A stretch of 40,782 nucleotides of DNA from Candidatus Woesearchaeota archaeon (GTDB lineage: Archaea > Nanobdellota > Nanobdellia > SCGC-AAA011-G17 > GW2011-AR20). A model generated the notes under the pieces. That model saw nothing but the letters and a program-made list of their open reading frames with translations, searched no databases and had not been told where the DNA came from. The position numbers were made by a program, and so were the translations under genes. The stretch lies in assembly GCA_964359725.1 (NCBI GenBank), contig CAYHTT010000003.1, positions 1 through 40,782 on the forward strand. Reading direction: 5' to 3'. Shown here one piece after another: positions 18,439 through 26,884 of the stretch. Position 1 is the first letter of the stretch; each line of letters starts with the position of its first letter.

Positions 18439-19734
18439 TTAATCTAGAAACTCGTTGCTTAATTTTTCATTTATTTCCCCACGTAAATTCTTTCCAACTA
18501 ACTGCTTAACATGATCTTTTTTATAATTACTAAGTAGCCAAGCTATTTTAATAAATGCTGTTTCTGGCAATATATCAGTATAATTACCAAGTATACCTAA
18601 TTGTTGTAATATTCTGCCAGTAGAATAAACATTCATATTTATATTACCAAATAATGTTTGAGTGGTCATTACTATAGGAATTTTTTTGGCTAATTTCTTA
18701 AGTTCATTTAATATAGCTTTATGTTCTTTTGTAAATTTATCTATTGCATTAATAGGCATATGCCCTAAACCAGTTCCCTCAATAACTAATCCATTAAAAT
18801 TAGAGTAAGCTTTTATTTCAGAAGCATACATATTAGGATGTACTTTTAGTAAACCAATCTTAAGCTTTTCATTAATTAACTTTAATTTTAAACTTTTATT
18901 GCTTCTTTTCTCATAGTTTGATAAGAATTCTATATTGCCATCTTTACTAACTCTTGCTATTGGCTTAGCATTAATAACTTTAAATGCATCTCTTCTACTT
19001 GAATGTAACTTCCGAGTCTTTAATCCAGGCAAGATTAAACATGCATTATCTGACATTGATTCATGCATACAAATAGCTACACCGGAAAAATCTGTTTTAG
19101 TTATAAAATAAGATGCACATAGTAGATTTAATTTCGAATCACTTGAACCACGATCAGAACTTCTTTGAGCACCAACTAATATTACTGGAATTCCTAAATC
19201 CTCTAAAATAAAAGATAATGCAGCAGAAGTATAATGCATTGTATCAGTACCATGAGTAATAATTATGCCAGAAACTTTTTTCTTAACCTCTTTTTCAATT
19301 TCTTTAGCTATTAAATTATAATGACTAAATCTCATATCTTCAGAAAACATGTTACTAATTAATTTGGAATTAATATTTGCGATATCTTTAAGCTCTGGAA
19401 ACATTTCTAAAATTTCTTCAGCTGTAAATTTTGCTGAAACAGCTCCTGTCTCATAACTTATTCTAGAAGCTAAAGTTCCACCGGTATGCAAAATAGAAAT
19501 TGTGGGTAGATTTTTCTTATACACAATTTTTTGTGTTTTAGCTTTTTCTTGTTTAAATTTTTTTAATAAAATAATTTTTTTTATTTTACTTTTCTTTATA
19601 CCAATGTTGTAACCAGAGTTTAATTTTATTACTAGCGTATCGGGATTTACCGACGGTATTAAACGTCCAGAAAAAGTTTCTTTATCTGTATTAACTTGAA
19701 CTAAATCACCAAAATCATACTTATTTTTAGTCAT
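18439..19734 (-). CDS. gatD: Glu-tRNA(Gln) amidotransferase subunit D
   Basis: N-terminal KLNSGYNIGI, TGGTLASR..Y.TGAV, HGTDTMHY, GAQRSSDRGSSD, KLHSSRRDAF, GTGLGH. Confidence 0.97.
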   Translation of the reverse strand: MTKNKYDFGDLVQVNTDKETFSGRLIPSVNPDTLVIKLNSGYNIGIKKSKIKKIILLKKFKQEKAKTQKIVYKKNLPTISILHTGGTLASRISYETGAVSAKFTAEEILEMFPELKDIANINSKLISNMFSEDMRFSHYNLIAKEIEKEVKKKVSGIIITHGTDTMHYTSAALSFILEDLGIPVILVGAQRSSDRGSSDSKLNLLCASYFITKTDFSGVAICMHESMSDNACLILPGLKTRKLHSSRRDAFKVINAKPIARVSKDGNIEFLSNYEKRSNKSLKLKLINEKLKIGLLKVHPNMYASEIKAYSNFNGLVIEGTGLGHMPINAIDKFTKEHKAILNELKKLAKKIPIVMTTQTLFGNINMNVYSTGRILQQLGILGNYTDILPETAFIKIAWLLSNYKKDHVKQLVGKNLRGEINEKLSNEFLD

Positions 19735-19837
19735 TAAATCAATTAAAATTACATAATTAAATAAGATTTATATTGTAGAAAGTATATTTTGTAATTTAAA
19801 AAGATTTAAATATTAGTTAAATATAAAAGAAATACTT

Positions 19838-19955
19838 AAAAAGTTTGTGTTTGATTTTGTTTGGCGACAAAATCAAATTGGCAATATTAAAAGGGAAAAC
19901 TTTTTCTCAAGTTTTCGTATAGATTGAAAAGTTTTATTTGGCGATAAACTTTTTC
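19838..19955. repeat. Intergenic multi-hairpin element with two TTGGCG-loop inverted repeats
   Basis: TTTGATTTTGT-TTGGCG-ACAAAATCAAA (19850-19877, perfect 11 bp); GAAAACTT-TTTCTC-AAGTTTTC (19895-19916, perfect 8 bp); GAAAAGTTTTAT-TTGGCG-ATAAACTTTTTC (19926-19955, imperfect). Confidence 0.75.
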
Positions 19956-20059
19956 TAAAGGGTATGTATTAAAACTAGTATATAAACTTTATGCTACTAA
20001 AGTATATACCTTTAATGATTAAAAAATGGAGAAAAAAATAAGAAAACGGGGGATGTGAA

Positions 20060-21142
20060 ATGGATTTTATAATACAAAGTGCTTTAGAGGGTTCTAAACA
20101 AAACAAATACGATAATGTTAAAATTGGACAGGCTAATATAAAGGTTTTTGGTGTTGGTGGTGCTGGCAATAATATGGTTTCTTGGTTATATAGAAAAGGA
20201 ATACAAGGAGCAGAGATTATTGCTGCTAATACTGATAAGCAACATTTGGATATTTCTGAGGCAGATCATAAAGTTTTACTTGGAGCAGATTTGACTCGTG
20301 GTCTAGGTTGTGGTGGTTATCCACAAAAAGGTGCAGAAGCAACAAAAGAAAGTTTACATGATTTAAAAGAAGTACTAAAAGATGCAGATATGGTCTTCAT
20401 TTGTGCGGGAATGGGAGGTGGTACAGGAACTGGTGGCAGTCCTGTTGTAGCAAAACTAGGTAAAGAGATGGATGCTATTGTTATAGGAACAGTAACAATG
20501 CCACTTGATATTGAAAAAGCTCGTGTAGATAAAGCAGAGTTTGGATTACAACAATTAAGACAAGCATGTGATACAGTAATTGTAATTGATAATAATAGGT
20601 TAGTACAAATTGCAGGAAATTTACCATTGAAGCAAGCATTTGCTGTAGCTAATGAATTAGTTTCAACAATGATTAAGGGCATAGTTGAAACAATAGCTGT
20701 ACCAAGTTTAGTTAATTTGGATTATGCAGATGTTAAAGCAATAATGCAAGGTGGTGGTGTTTCTGTTATTGGGATTGGTGAAAGTGATACAGAACATAGA
20801 GTAGAGGAAGCTGTTAAGAGAGCATTAAGCAACCCATTATTAGATGTAACTTATGAAGGAGCAACTGGTGCATTAATACATATTACAGGTGGAGAGGATT
20901 TAACTTTAGATGAAGTCAATAAAATTGGTGAGATAGTAACAGAAGCTCTTGATCCAGATGCTCAAGTAATATGGGGTGCTAGAATTTCAGAAGATATGAA
21001 CAACAGATTAAGAGTAATGACAATTATTACAGGTGTGAATTCACCATATGTGCTTGGTAAAGTTGATCATAGTAAACCAAGTGCTGAAAGCAGAAGAATG
21101 TCAGATGAACTTGGCATAGAAATGGTACATACTAGGAGGTAA
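20060..21142 (+). CDS. ftsZ: Cell division protein FtsZ (FtsZ2-like)
   Basis: GVGGAGNN, ANTD, GMGGGTGTG tubulin signature, IDNNRL, PSLVNLDYADV, VIWGARI. Confidence 0.98.
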   Translation: MDFIIQSALEGSKQNKYDNVKIGQANIKVFGVGGAGNNMVSWLYRKGIQGAEIIAANTDKQHLDISEADHKVLLGADLTRGLGCGGYPQKGAEATKESLHDLKEVLKDADMVFICAGMGGGTGTGGSPVVAKLGKEMDAIVIGTVTMPLDIEKARVDKAEFGLQQLRQACDTVIVIDNNRLVQIAGNLPLKQAFAVANELVSTMIKGIVETIAVPSLVNLDYADVKAIMQGGGVSVIGIGESDTEHRVEEAVKRALSNPLLDVTYEGATGALIHITGGEDLTLDEVNKIGEIVTEALDPDAQVIWGARISEDMNNRLRVMTIITGVNSPYVLGKVDHSKPSAESRRMSDELGIEMVHTRR

Positions 21143-21251
21143 TCCTCTTATTTTTTTATTTTTAAAATGATAATCCTCCTTTCACAAAGTTTACAGAATT
21201 CATGCTTAGGGCAAAGTAGACTTCTTTAACCCCCTTGAAATGCCCTTTTGT

Positions 21252-21280
21252 GGCTGCTGAATAAGCAGCCTACTTTTTTT
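21252..21280 (+). terminator. GC-rich hairpin followed by a T tract between convergent genes
   Basis: GGCTGCT-GAATA-AGCAGCC (perfect 7-bp stem, 21252-21270), then TACTTTTTTT. Confidence 0.5.
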
Positions 21281-21749
21281 AATTTATTATAAACAAGATG
21301 TCTTTATAACAATCAACTTCTCTAAATCTAAAATATTTCTTAAGTAAATTTCTAAACTCGTTTAACTTAGAAGATTTTTTTAAGAATGTAACTGCTATAT
21401 TATTATTTCTAGAAACTCGTTTGATTTCTTTTAATGCTTTTTCCATATTTTTGAAATTATGAAAACTAGTTACACTAATTACTGTATTAAAAGATTTATC
21501 TTTAAAAGATAATTTCTCAGCGTTACCATAAATCAAATTATTATAATATTTTTTTCCTTCATCAATCATCTCTTTACAATTATCTATCCCAATAGCTTTA
21601 ATATTAAAATAATTTGTACTTATTCCAATACCACAACCTATATCAAGTAAAGGTGGAATTATATTAATATTTTTCTCAATAATTTCTAATTTTTTAGTTT
21701 GTTCTTCTTTATAAAGTTCATTATAGGAATTAGCTATTTTATTATACAT
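21279..21749 (-). CDS. Class I SAM-dependent methyltransferase
   Basis: LLDIGCGIG motif I, GID, GNAEKLSFKDKSFNTV, ALKEIKRV. Confidence 0.9.
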   Translation of the reverse strand: MYNKIANSYNELYKEEQTKKLEIIEKNINIIPPLLDIGCGIGISTNYFNIKAIGIDNCKEMIDEGKKYYNNLIYGNAEKLSFKDKSFNTVISVTSFHNFKNMEKALKEIKRVSRNNNIAVTFLKKSSKLNEFRNLLKKYFRFREVDCYKDILFIIN

Positions 21750-22094
21750 TTACCAACAAGAATCTGGGTATAAGTTTTCTTTTAATCGTGTTAAATATTT
21801 TTGACTTAAAGTTCCTAATTCTTCAATTAAATATCTTAGGGTTACCTTAGGAACTGTTTTGCCGTCTCTTAGTTCAACAAGAGGTTGTAATAAATGATAA
21901 TCAGTCATTTTATTTTTAATACATAGGTTTATTATTTCTTGATAAGAATCCTTTCTTTTATCTTCAACAATATTTCTTGTTCTGAATTGTTCTAGATGCA
22001 CTAAATCTTCAATTATAAGGTTTATAGAAAATCCTTTACTAAAACTTTCAGTCATCGTTTCGAATCTATTTTCGAGTGGATTGCATGAAGTCAT
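21750..22094 (-). CDS. Hypothetical protein
   Basis: 114-aa ORF abutting the methyltransferase start; no motif recognised. Confidence 0.6.
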   Translation of the reverse strand: MTSCNPLENRFETMTESFSKGFSINLIIEDLVHLEQFRTRNIVEDKRKDSYQEIINLCIKNKMTDYHLLQPLVELRDGKTVPKVTLRYLIEELGTLSQKYLTRLKENLYPDSCW

Positions 22095-22136
22095 ATTTCT
22101 TAAATAAAATGGTAAGATATAAAATACTTTCTTTCC

Positions 22137-23075
22137 TTAAGCTTTAACTTGCTTATCTTTATTCTTTATTAACTCAACAATTTTACAAGTTTGGCATATT
22201 TTTTGAGAACATGGTTCTCCACAAATCTCACAATTATTTATAGGCATATAATTTTTATAATGCTCGCGTAATAATGGTAACATCTCTATAAAACTAGTAA
22301 TTATACTATGTTTTGTTCCAGGATACTTAGCTTCAAAATTATTTAACATTTCTTGAACCTCACCCCTATAACTGTCTGTGCTATGTGGACATTCAACAAA
22401 CTCATTAGTCAAACCTTTTAAAAAAGCGTAAGTAGCAACTTCTTTTTGTGTCATAAAGTATAATGGTTTAATTCTTCTAATAAAACGTTTATCTTTCACA
22501 ACTCCTGTTATAGGCCCTAGTCTTGCGCTTGTTTCAATATTCCTTCTAAAATAATTCATCATTATTGTTTGTGCTTCATCATCTAAATTATGGCCTGTAG
22601 CCAATTTAGTAAAACCAAGTTCTTTACTTTTCTTATTTAACAAATATCTTCTAAATGGACCGCACATAGAACAAGCTTTCATTTTTGTTTTTTTAAGCAT
22701 ATTATCTAAAGTATCACCAAATTCATCTTTATAAGAAAAAATATGCAATTTAATATCATGCTCTTGGCAATATTTTTCGGCATCTTGTAATGTTTTGTCT
22801 CTATATCCAGAAATGCCCTCATCTATTGCTATAGCTTCTATCTCAAATTTTTTTGTTTTCTCCTTTAACATATTTAAAATATTTAAAACAGTTAAAGAAT
22901 CTTTACCACCAGAAACAGCTACTCCAATTCTATCTTCTTTTTCAATTAACTTATAATTATGAACAGCATTAAGAACTTTTCTTTCAAAATATCTAATAAA
23001 ATGTTTTTTACAAAGTTGAATATTAGTATTTGTAAGTTTAATTACAGGTTTCTCAGCACAATTTTTACATGGCAT
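22137..23075 (-). CDS. ttuA: tRNA 2-thiolation protein, TtuA/Ncs6 family
   Basis: N-terminal CxxC...CxxH, PP-loop SGGKDS, CSMC, ATGHNLDDEAQT, IKPL, ECP, C-terminal CxxC...CxxC. Confidence 0.92.
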   Translation of the reverse strand: MPCKNCAEKPVIKLTNTNIQLCKKHFIRYFERKVLNAVHNYKLIEKEDRIGVAVSGGKDSLTVLNILNMLKEKTKKFEIEAIAIDEGISGYRDKTLQDAEKYCQEHDIKLHIFSYKDEFGDTLDNMLKKTKMKACSMCGPFRRYLLNKKSKELGFTKLATGHNLDDEAQTIMMNYFRRNIETSARLGPITGVVKDKRFIRRIKPLYFMTQKEVATYAFLKGLTNEFVECPHSTDSYRGEVQEMLNNFEAKYPGTKHSIITSFIEMLPLLREHYKNYMPINNCEICGEPCSQKICQTCKIVELIKNKDKQVKA

Positions 23076-23109
23076 AATTATAATAATTTAGCTAGGATTA
23101 TAAAATTTT

Positions 23110-23307
23110 CTAACCACCAGAAATAACACTTAAAAACTTTAAATCATCATTATCATTTAGATTTTCCTCAGCCAATATTAGTTCATTATTTTTAATTATT
23201 AAAACAGTTTCTGGATTGATATTAAGTATTTGCATAACTTGTTCAGCGTTTCTAGCTTTAACATTTTTTACAAATTTATTCTCACGCTCAATAAATACAT
23301 TTACCAT
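23110..23307 (-). CDS. Ubiquitin-like sulfur carrier (ThiS/MoaD/SAMP/TtuB-like)
   Basis: 65 aa ending in VISGG-stop; directly upstream of ttuA. Confidence 0.9.
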   Translation of the reverse strand: MVNVFIERENKFVKNVKARNAEQVMQILNINPETVLIIKNNELILAEENLNDNDDLKFLSVISGG

Positions 23308-23359
23308 AATTTAAAGTGTAGAAAGATATTTAAATAGCTTACCATTTTTCCCTTGTGTA

Positions 23360-24007
23360 ATGAAAGCAATAGTAATTAAAAAAGGGGCTAATGAAGATAA
23401 AGCAATAATAAAAGCCTCTAAGATACTAAAAAAAACTTTAAAAAAAGGGGACATAATTCTCACAAGCCCCAGGCTTAATAATATTAAATTAAAAGTTATG
23501 CATCTCCCTTCTTTTATAATAAGCAAATTATCTCGTGGCATTACTCATTCTTGTTTATATTTAGGGAAAGGTAATATATTAGAAATAGGTCATACATTAT
23601 ATGATTCAAAAATTAAAAAAATTAAAATAGAGGATTTATTGAAAAATAAAATAGGAATGTTTAGAGGTATTACAGTTTATGTTGTACAACCTAAATATTA
23701 TAAACCAAAACATAGAAACTTGGTATTAAAAGTCGCAATAAATAATTTCTTGAACAAAAGTAAGAGTTTAGCATTTTCTTATAGAAATATGTTTTATCTC
23801 TGGATGAAGTTGATATTTAAGAAAAATAAGTTTAGTAAAAAAGAAAAATTACACTTCAAAAAAAATTGGAATTGTAGTGAACTAACCGCTTATATATTAA
23901 AAAAAGCTGGTATAAAAATTGGAACAAGAAAAACAATATTCTTTTTACCAAGTACATTTATATTCAGTAAACATTTTAAAGCAAAGAAAAAAATAATTCT
24001 TAAATAA
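23360..24007 (+). CDS. Permuted papain-like (NlpC/P60, YiiX/YebB-type) amidase/peptidase
   Basis: LKKGDIILT, THSCLYLG (His before Cys) and late NCSEL..Y..KKAGI give the circularly permuted order. Confidence 0.85.
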   Translation: MKAIVIKKGANEDKAIIKASKILKKTLKKGDIILTSPRLNNIKLKVMHLPSFIISKLSRGITHSCLYLGKGNILEIGHTLYDSKIKKIKIEDLLKNKIGMFRGITVYVVQPKYYKPKHRNLVLKVAINNFLNKSKSLAFSYRNMFYLWMKLIFKKNKFSKKEKLHFKKNWNCSELTAYILKKAGIKIGTRKTIFFLPSTFIFSKHFKAKKKIILK

Positions 24008-24010
24008 AAA

Positions 24011-24955
24011 TTATTTTCCCACATTATAAATCTTATTAGCTATATTCATAATTTTATTTTCATCTTTTAATGTTTTAAAAATAATTTCACCTTGATTATT
24101 AATTATAACTTGCTCATCATCAACCTCAATTAATAAAGTTATATTAGCATCTCTTAATACACCAAAATTATCCTTTATTTTTTCTAGATTTAATTTCTTA
24201 TTGGTTTTAACTGTAAATGTATTACCTGTTTGGCATAAAGTTAAATCAAATTTTTTCTTAATTATTTTACCTTGACAAATCTCGCAATTATTATTTTTAT
24301 TAACTTTAATTTTCTCAATATTATTATTTGTAATGTTTACCCTAATAAAATTTTCTTCTGCTTCTTTGTTTAATAATATTTTAATAGCTTCATTTACTTG
24401 TAAGCTAGCTACTAAAGATGCAACTGTATTAAGTATGCCAATATCCTCGCATCTATCATAATCCTTTATATTATAATAAATGCAATTAAAACAAGCCCTT
24501 CCTGGCAGAACATTAAAAACTACACCTTTATCTTGGATTGCTGCTGCATGTACCCAAGGAATTCTATTATAACAATATTGATTAATTAAAAATCTTGTTT
24601 CTAAATTATCAGTACAATCTAGTATTAAATCAGAATTAATCAAATTAATATTATCCTCCGTTAATTTAACATTATAAGATTTTATATCAATATTGGAATT
24701 TACTCTAACCAAATAATCTCTTGCAACTTCCGCTTTATTTTTATTAAGATCTTGCTCAGTAAAAATAGTTTGACGTTGTAGATTACTAAGCTCAACTTTA
24801 TCATGATCAATTAAAATTAAATTAACTCCTGCTCTTGCAAGTAAATTAGCTGCATTACTTCCAAGAGCACCTAATCCAACTATTGAAATGGTTTTCTTGC
24901 CAAGCAATTCTTGATTTTCTTTTCCTAGAAAAGCTTCTTGTCTGGAGTAACGCAT
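24011..24955 (-). CDS. ThiF/MoeB/UbaA-family E1-like adenylyltransferase
   Basis: RYSRQ, GLGALGS, D.DKVELSNLQRQ, DCTDN..TR, CFNC, C.D.GIL, CEIC; extra C-terminal domain. Confidence 0.93.
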   Translation of the reverse strand: MRYSRQEAFLGKENQELLGKKTISIVGLGALGSNAANLLARAGVNLILIDHDKVELSNLQRQTIFTEQDLNKNKAEVARDYLVRVNSNIDIKSYNVKLTEDNINLINSDLILDCTDNLETRFLINQYCYNRIPWVHAAAIQDKGVVFNVLPGRACFNCIYYNIKDYDRCEDIGILNTVASLVASLQVNEAIKILLNKEAEENFIRVNITNNNIEKIKVNKNNNCEICQGKIIKKKFDLTLCQTGNTFTVKTNKKLNLEKIKDNFGVLRDANITLLIEVDDEQVIINNQGEIIFKTLKDENKIMNIANKIYNVGK

Positions 24956-25006
24956 ATTTAACTTAAGTAAAAGAAGATTTTTAAATCTATTTTCCTTAAT
25001 AATATT

Positions 25007-26884
25007 ATGCTAGAACTTATCCAAGATATTCGTGGCTATAATGAGAATGCGGACTTTGATTTAATTACTAAAGCATATGAATTTGCAAAAAAAGCTCATT
25101 CTGGACAAGTACGTGAATCAGGAGAAGAGCACATTTCTCATTTAGTTGGTGCAGCTAGAATATTAATAAAATTAAAGGTTGATGATAAAACTATTGCTGC
25201 ATGCTTATTACATGATATATTAGAAGATACAAATATTACTAAACAGCAATTAGAAAAAGAATTTGGAGAGGAGATTGCTTATTTAGTAGGGGGAGTAACT
25301 AAAATAGATAAATTAAGAATTTCTGACTTTAAAATCAGGCAGGCCGAAAGTATTAGGAAAATGTTATTTGCAACAGCTCAAGATATTAGAGTAATAATAA
25401 TTAAATTAGCTGACAGAGTAGATAATATGTTAAGCTTGCAATATTTTCAAGAGGAAAAACAAAAAAGAATTGCTCAGGAAACTCTAGATGTTTATGCACC
25501 AATTGCTTATAGACTTGGATTGTTTAATATTAAATGGCAGCTCGAAGATTTAGCATTTCGTTATTTAGAGTCTAAAATTTATCAAGAATTGAAAGAAAAA
25601 GTAGCTCAAAAAAGAGAACAACGTGAACTCTATCTAGAAAAAATAAAATCAATTTTAGAAGAACAATTAACTAAGTATAATATTAAAGCTGAAATCAGAA
25701 GCAGGCCAAAAAGTTTTTTTAGCATTTACAGAAAAATGCAGAAAAAAGAAGTTGATTTTAATAAAATATATGATTTACTTGGAATTAGAATAATTACAAA
25801 TGATGTTAAAGAATGTTATGAAGTTCTTGGAATAATTCATAATTTATGGAAACCTATACCAAGAGAATTCGATGATTATATAGCTAATCCTAAACCAAAT
25901 ATGTATCAAAGTTTACATACAGTTGTTGTTGGACCAGAAAAACAATTAATTGAATTTCAAATAAGAACTTACGAAATGGATAAAATCTCAGAAGAAGGTA
26001 TAGCTGCTCATTGGCAATATAAAGATATTAAAGGCGATTTTAAATTTGATAAACAACTTTCTTGGCTTCGAGAAGTTATTGGATTAAAGGATAAATCAAG
26101 TCAAGAATTTTTTGAAACTTTAAAATTAGATTTATTTAGCTATAATATTTATGTATTTACACCCAATGGTGATATCATTGGATTACCAAAAGACTCAACT
26201 CCAGTAGACTTTGCTTATGCTATTCACACAGATGTTGGAAGCAGGTGCAGTGGAGCAAGAGTAAATGGTAAGTATGTAAATTTAAAACATGAACTTGAGA
26301 ATGGTGATATTATAGAGATAATAACTTCAAAAAATCATATTCCTAGTAGAGACTGGCTTAAGTTTGTAAAATCTCAAAAAGCTAAAGAAAGAATAGTACA
26401 TATGCTTAAAATTCATCAAAATATTCCCGCTAAAAAATTTACTGAATTAGAAGAGATTAAACAAAGTTTAATTCAAGCTGATATTAATTTTAATGAATCT
26501 AAATTAGCTGAATGTTGTAATCCTTTACCAGGTGATATTATAGTTGGGTATGCTACTAAAAATAATAAAATTAGCATACATAAGCAAAATTGCGATAAAC
26601 TAAGTAATTTAAAATTAAAAAAAGTTAATGTGAAATGGAAAGAAATTCCTGAGTCAAGTATTAATTTAAAGATTTTAGCTTTAGATAGAGTTGGATTATT
26701 CGCGGATATTTTATATAATGTAGCTCAAATTGGTATTAATGTTGATAAAGCTAATGTTGATACAATAAATAAAGATTTGGCAGAATGTAATTTAAAACTC
26801 GAGCTAAATAAATTAGAGGATGTAAGGAAAATTGTTGAAAGGATTAAGAAGATGGCTGATGTTAAAAAAATAAGTATTAGTTAA
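25007..26884 (+). CDS. rel: Long RelA/SpoT homologue, (p)ppGpp synthetase/hydrolase (HD-SYNTH-TGS-ZFD-ACT)
   Basis: HD: AHSGQVRESGE, LLHDILEDT, GVTK, IKLADR. Synthetase: RPKS..SIYRKM, YDLLGIR, EFDDYIANPKPNMYQSLHT, EFQIRT, AAHWQYK. TGS: VFTPNGD..TPVDFAYAIHT..VNG. ZFD: CCNPLPGD...IH...C. ACT: DRVGLFADI. Confidence 0.97.
   Translation: MLELIQDIRGYNENADFDLITKAYEFAKKAHSGQVRESGEEHISHLVGAARILIKLKVDDKTIAACLLHDILEDTNITKQQLEKEFGEEIAYLVGGVTKIDKLRISDFKIRQAESIRKMLFATAQDIRVIIIKLADRVDNMLSLQYFQEEKQKRIAQETLDVYAPIAYRLGLFNIKWQLEDLAFRYLESKIYQELKEKVAQKREQRELYLEKIKSILEEQLTKYNIKAEIRSRPKSFFSIYRKMQKKEVDFNKIYDLLGIRIITNDVKECYEVLGIIHNLWKPIPREFDDYIANPKPNMYQSLHTVVVGPEKQLIEFQIRTYEMDKISEEGIAAHWQYKDIKGDFKFDKQLSWLREVIGLKDKSSQEFFETLKLDLFSYNIYVFTPNGDIIGLPKDSTPVDFAYAIHTDVGSRCSGARVNGKYVNLKHELENGDIIEIITSKNHIPSRDWLKFVKSQKAKERIVHMLKIHQNIPAKKFTELEEIKQSLIQADINFNESKLAECCNPLPGDIIVGYATKNNKISIHKQNCDKLSNLKLKKVNVKWKEIPESSINLKILALDRVGLFADILYNVAQIGINVDKANVDTINKDLAECNLKLELNKLEDVRKIVERIKKMADVKKISIS

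Noticed and set aside
19838-19955. CRISPR mini-array
   Set aside because: Only the 6-nt loop and a few adjacent bases recur; there are no 25-40-nt direct repeats with spacers and no cas genes.
21200-21275. Fluoride riboswitch (ends in GCCTAC)
   Set aside because: The conserved GAUG 5' motif and pseudoknot are not evident, and there is no downstream co-oriented gene.
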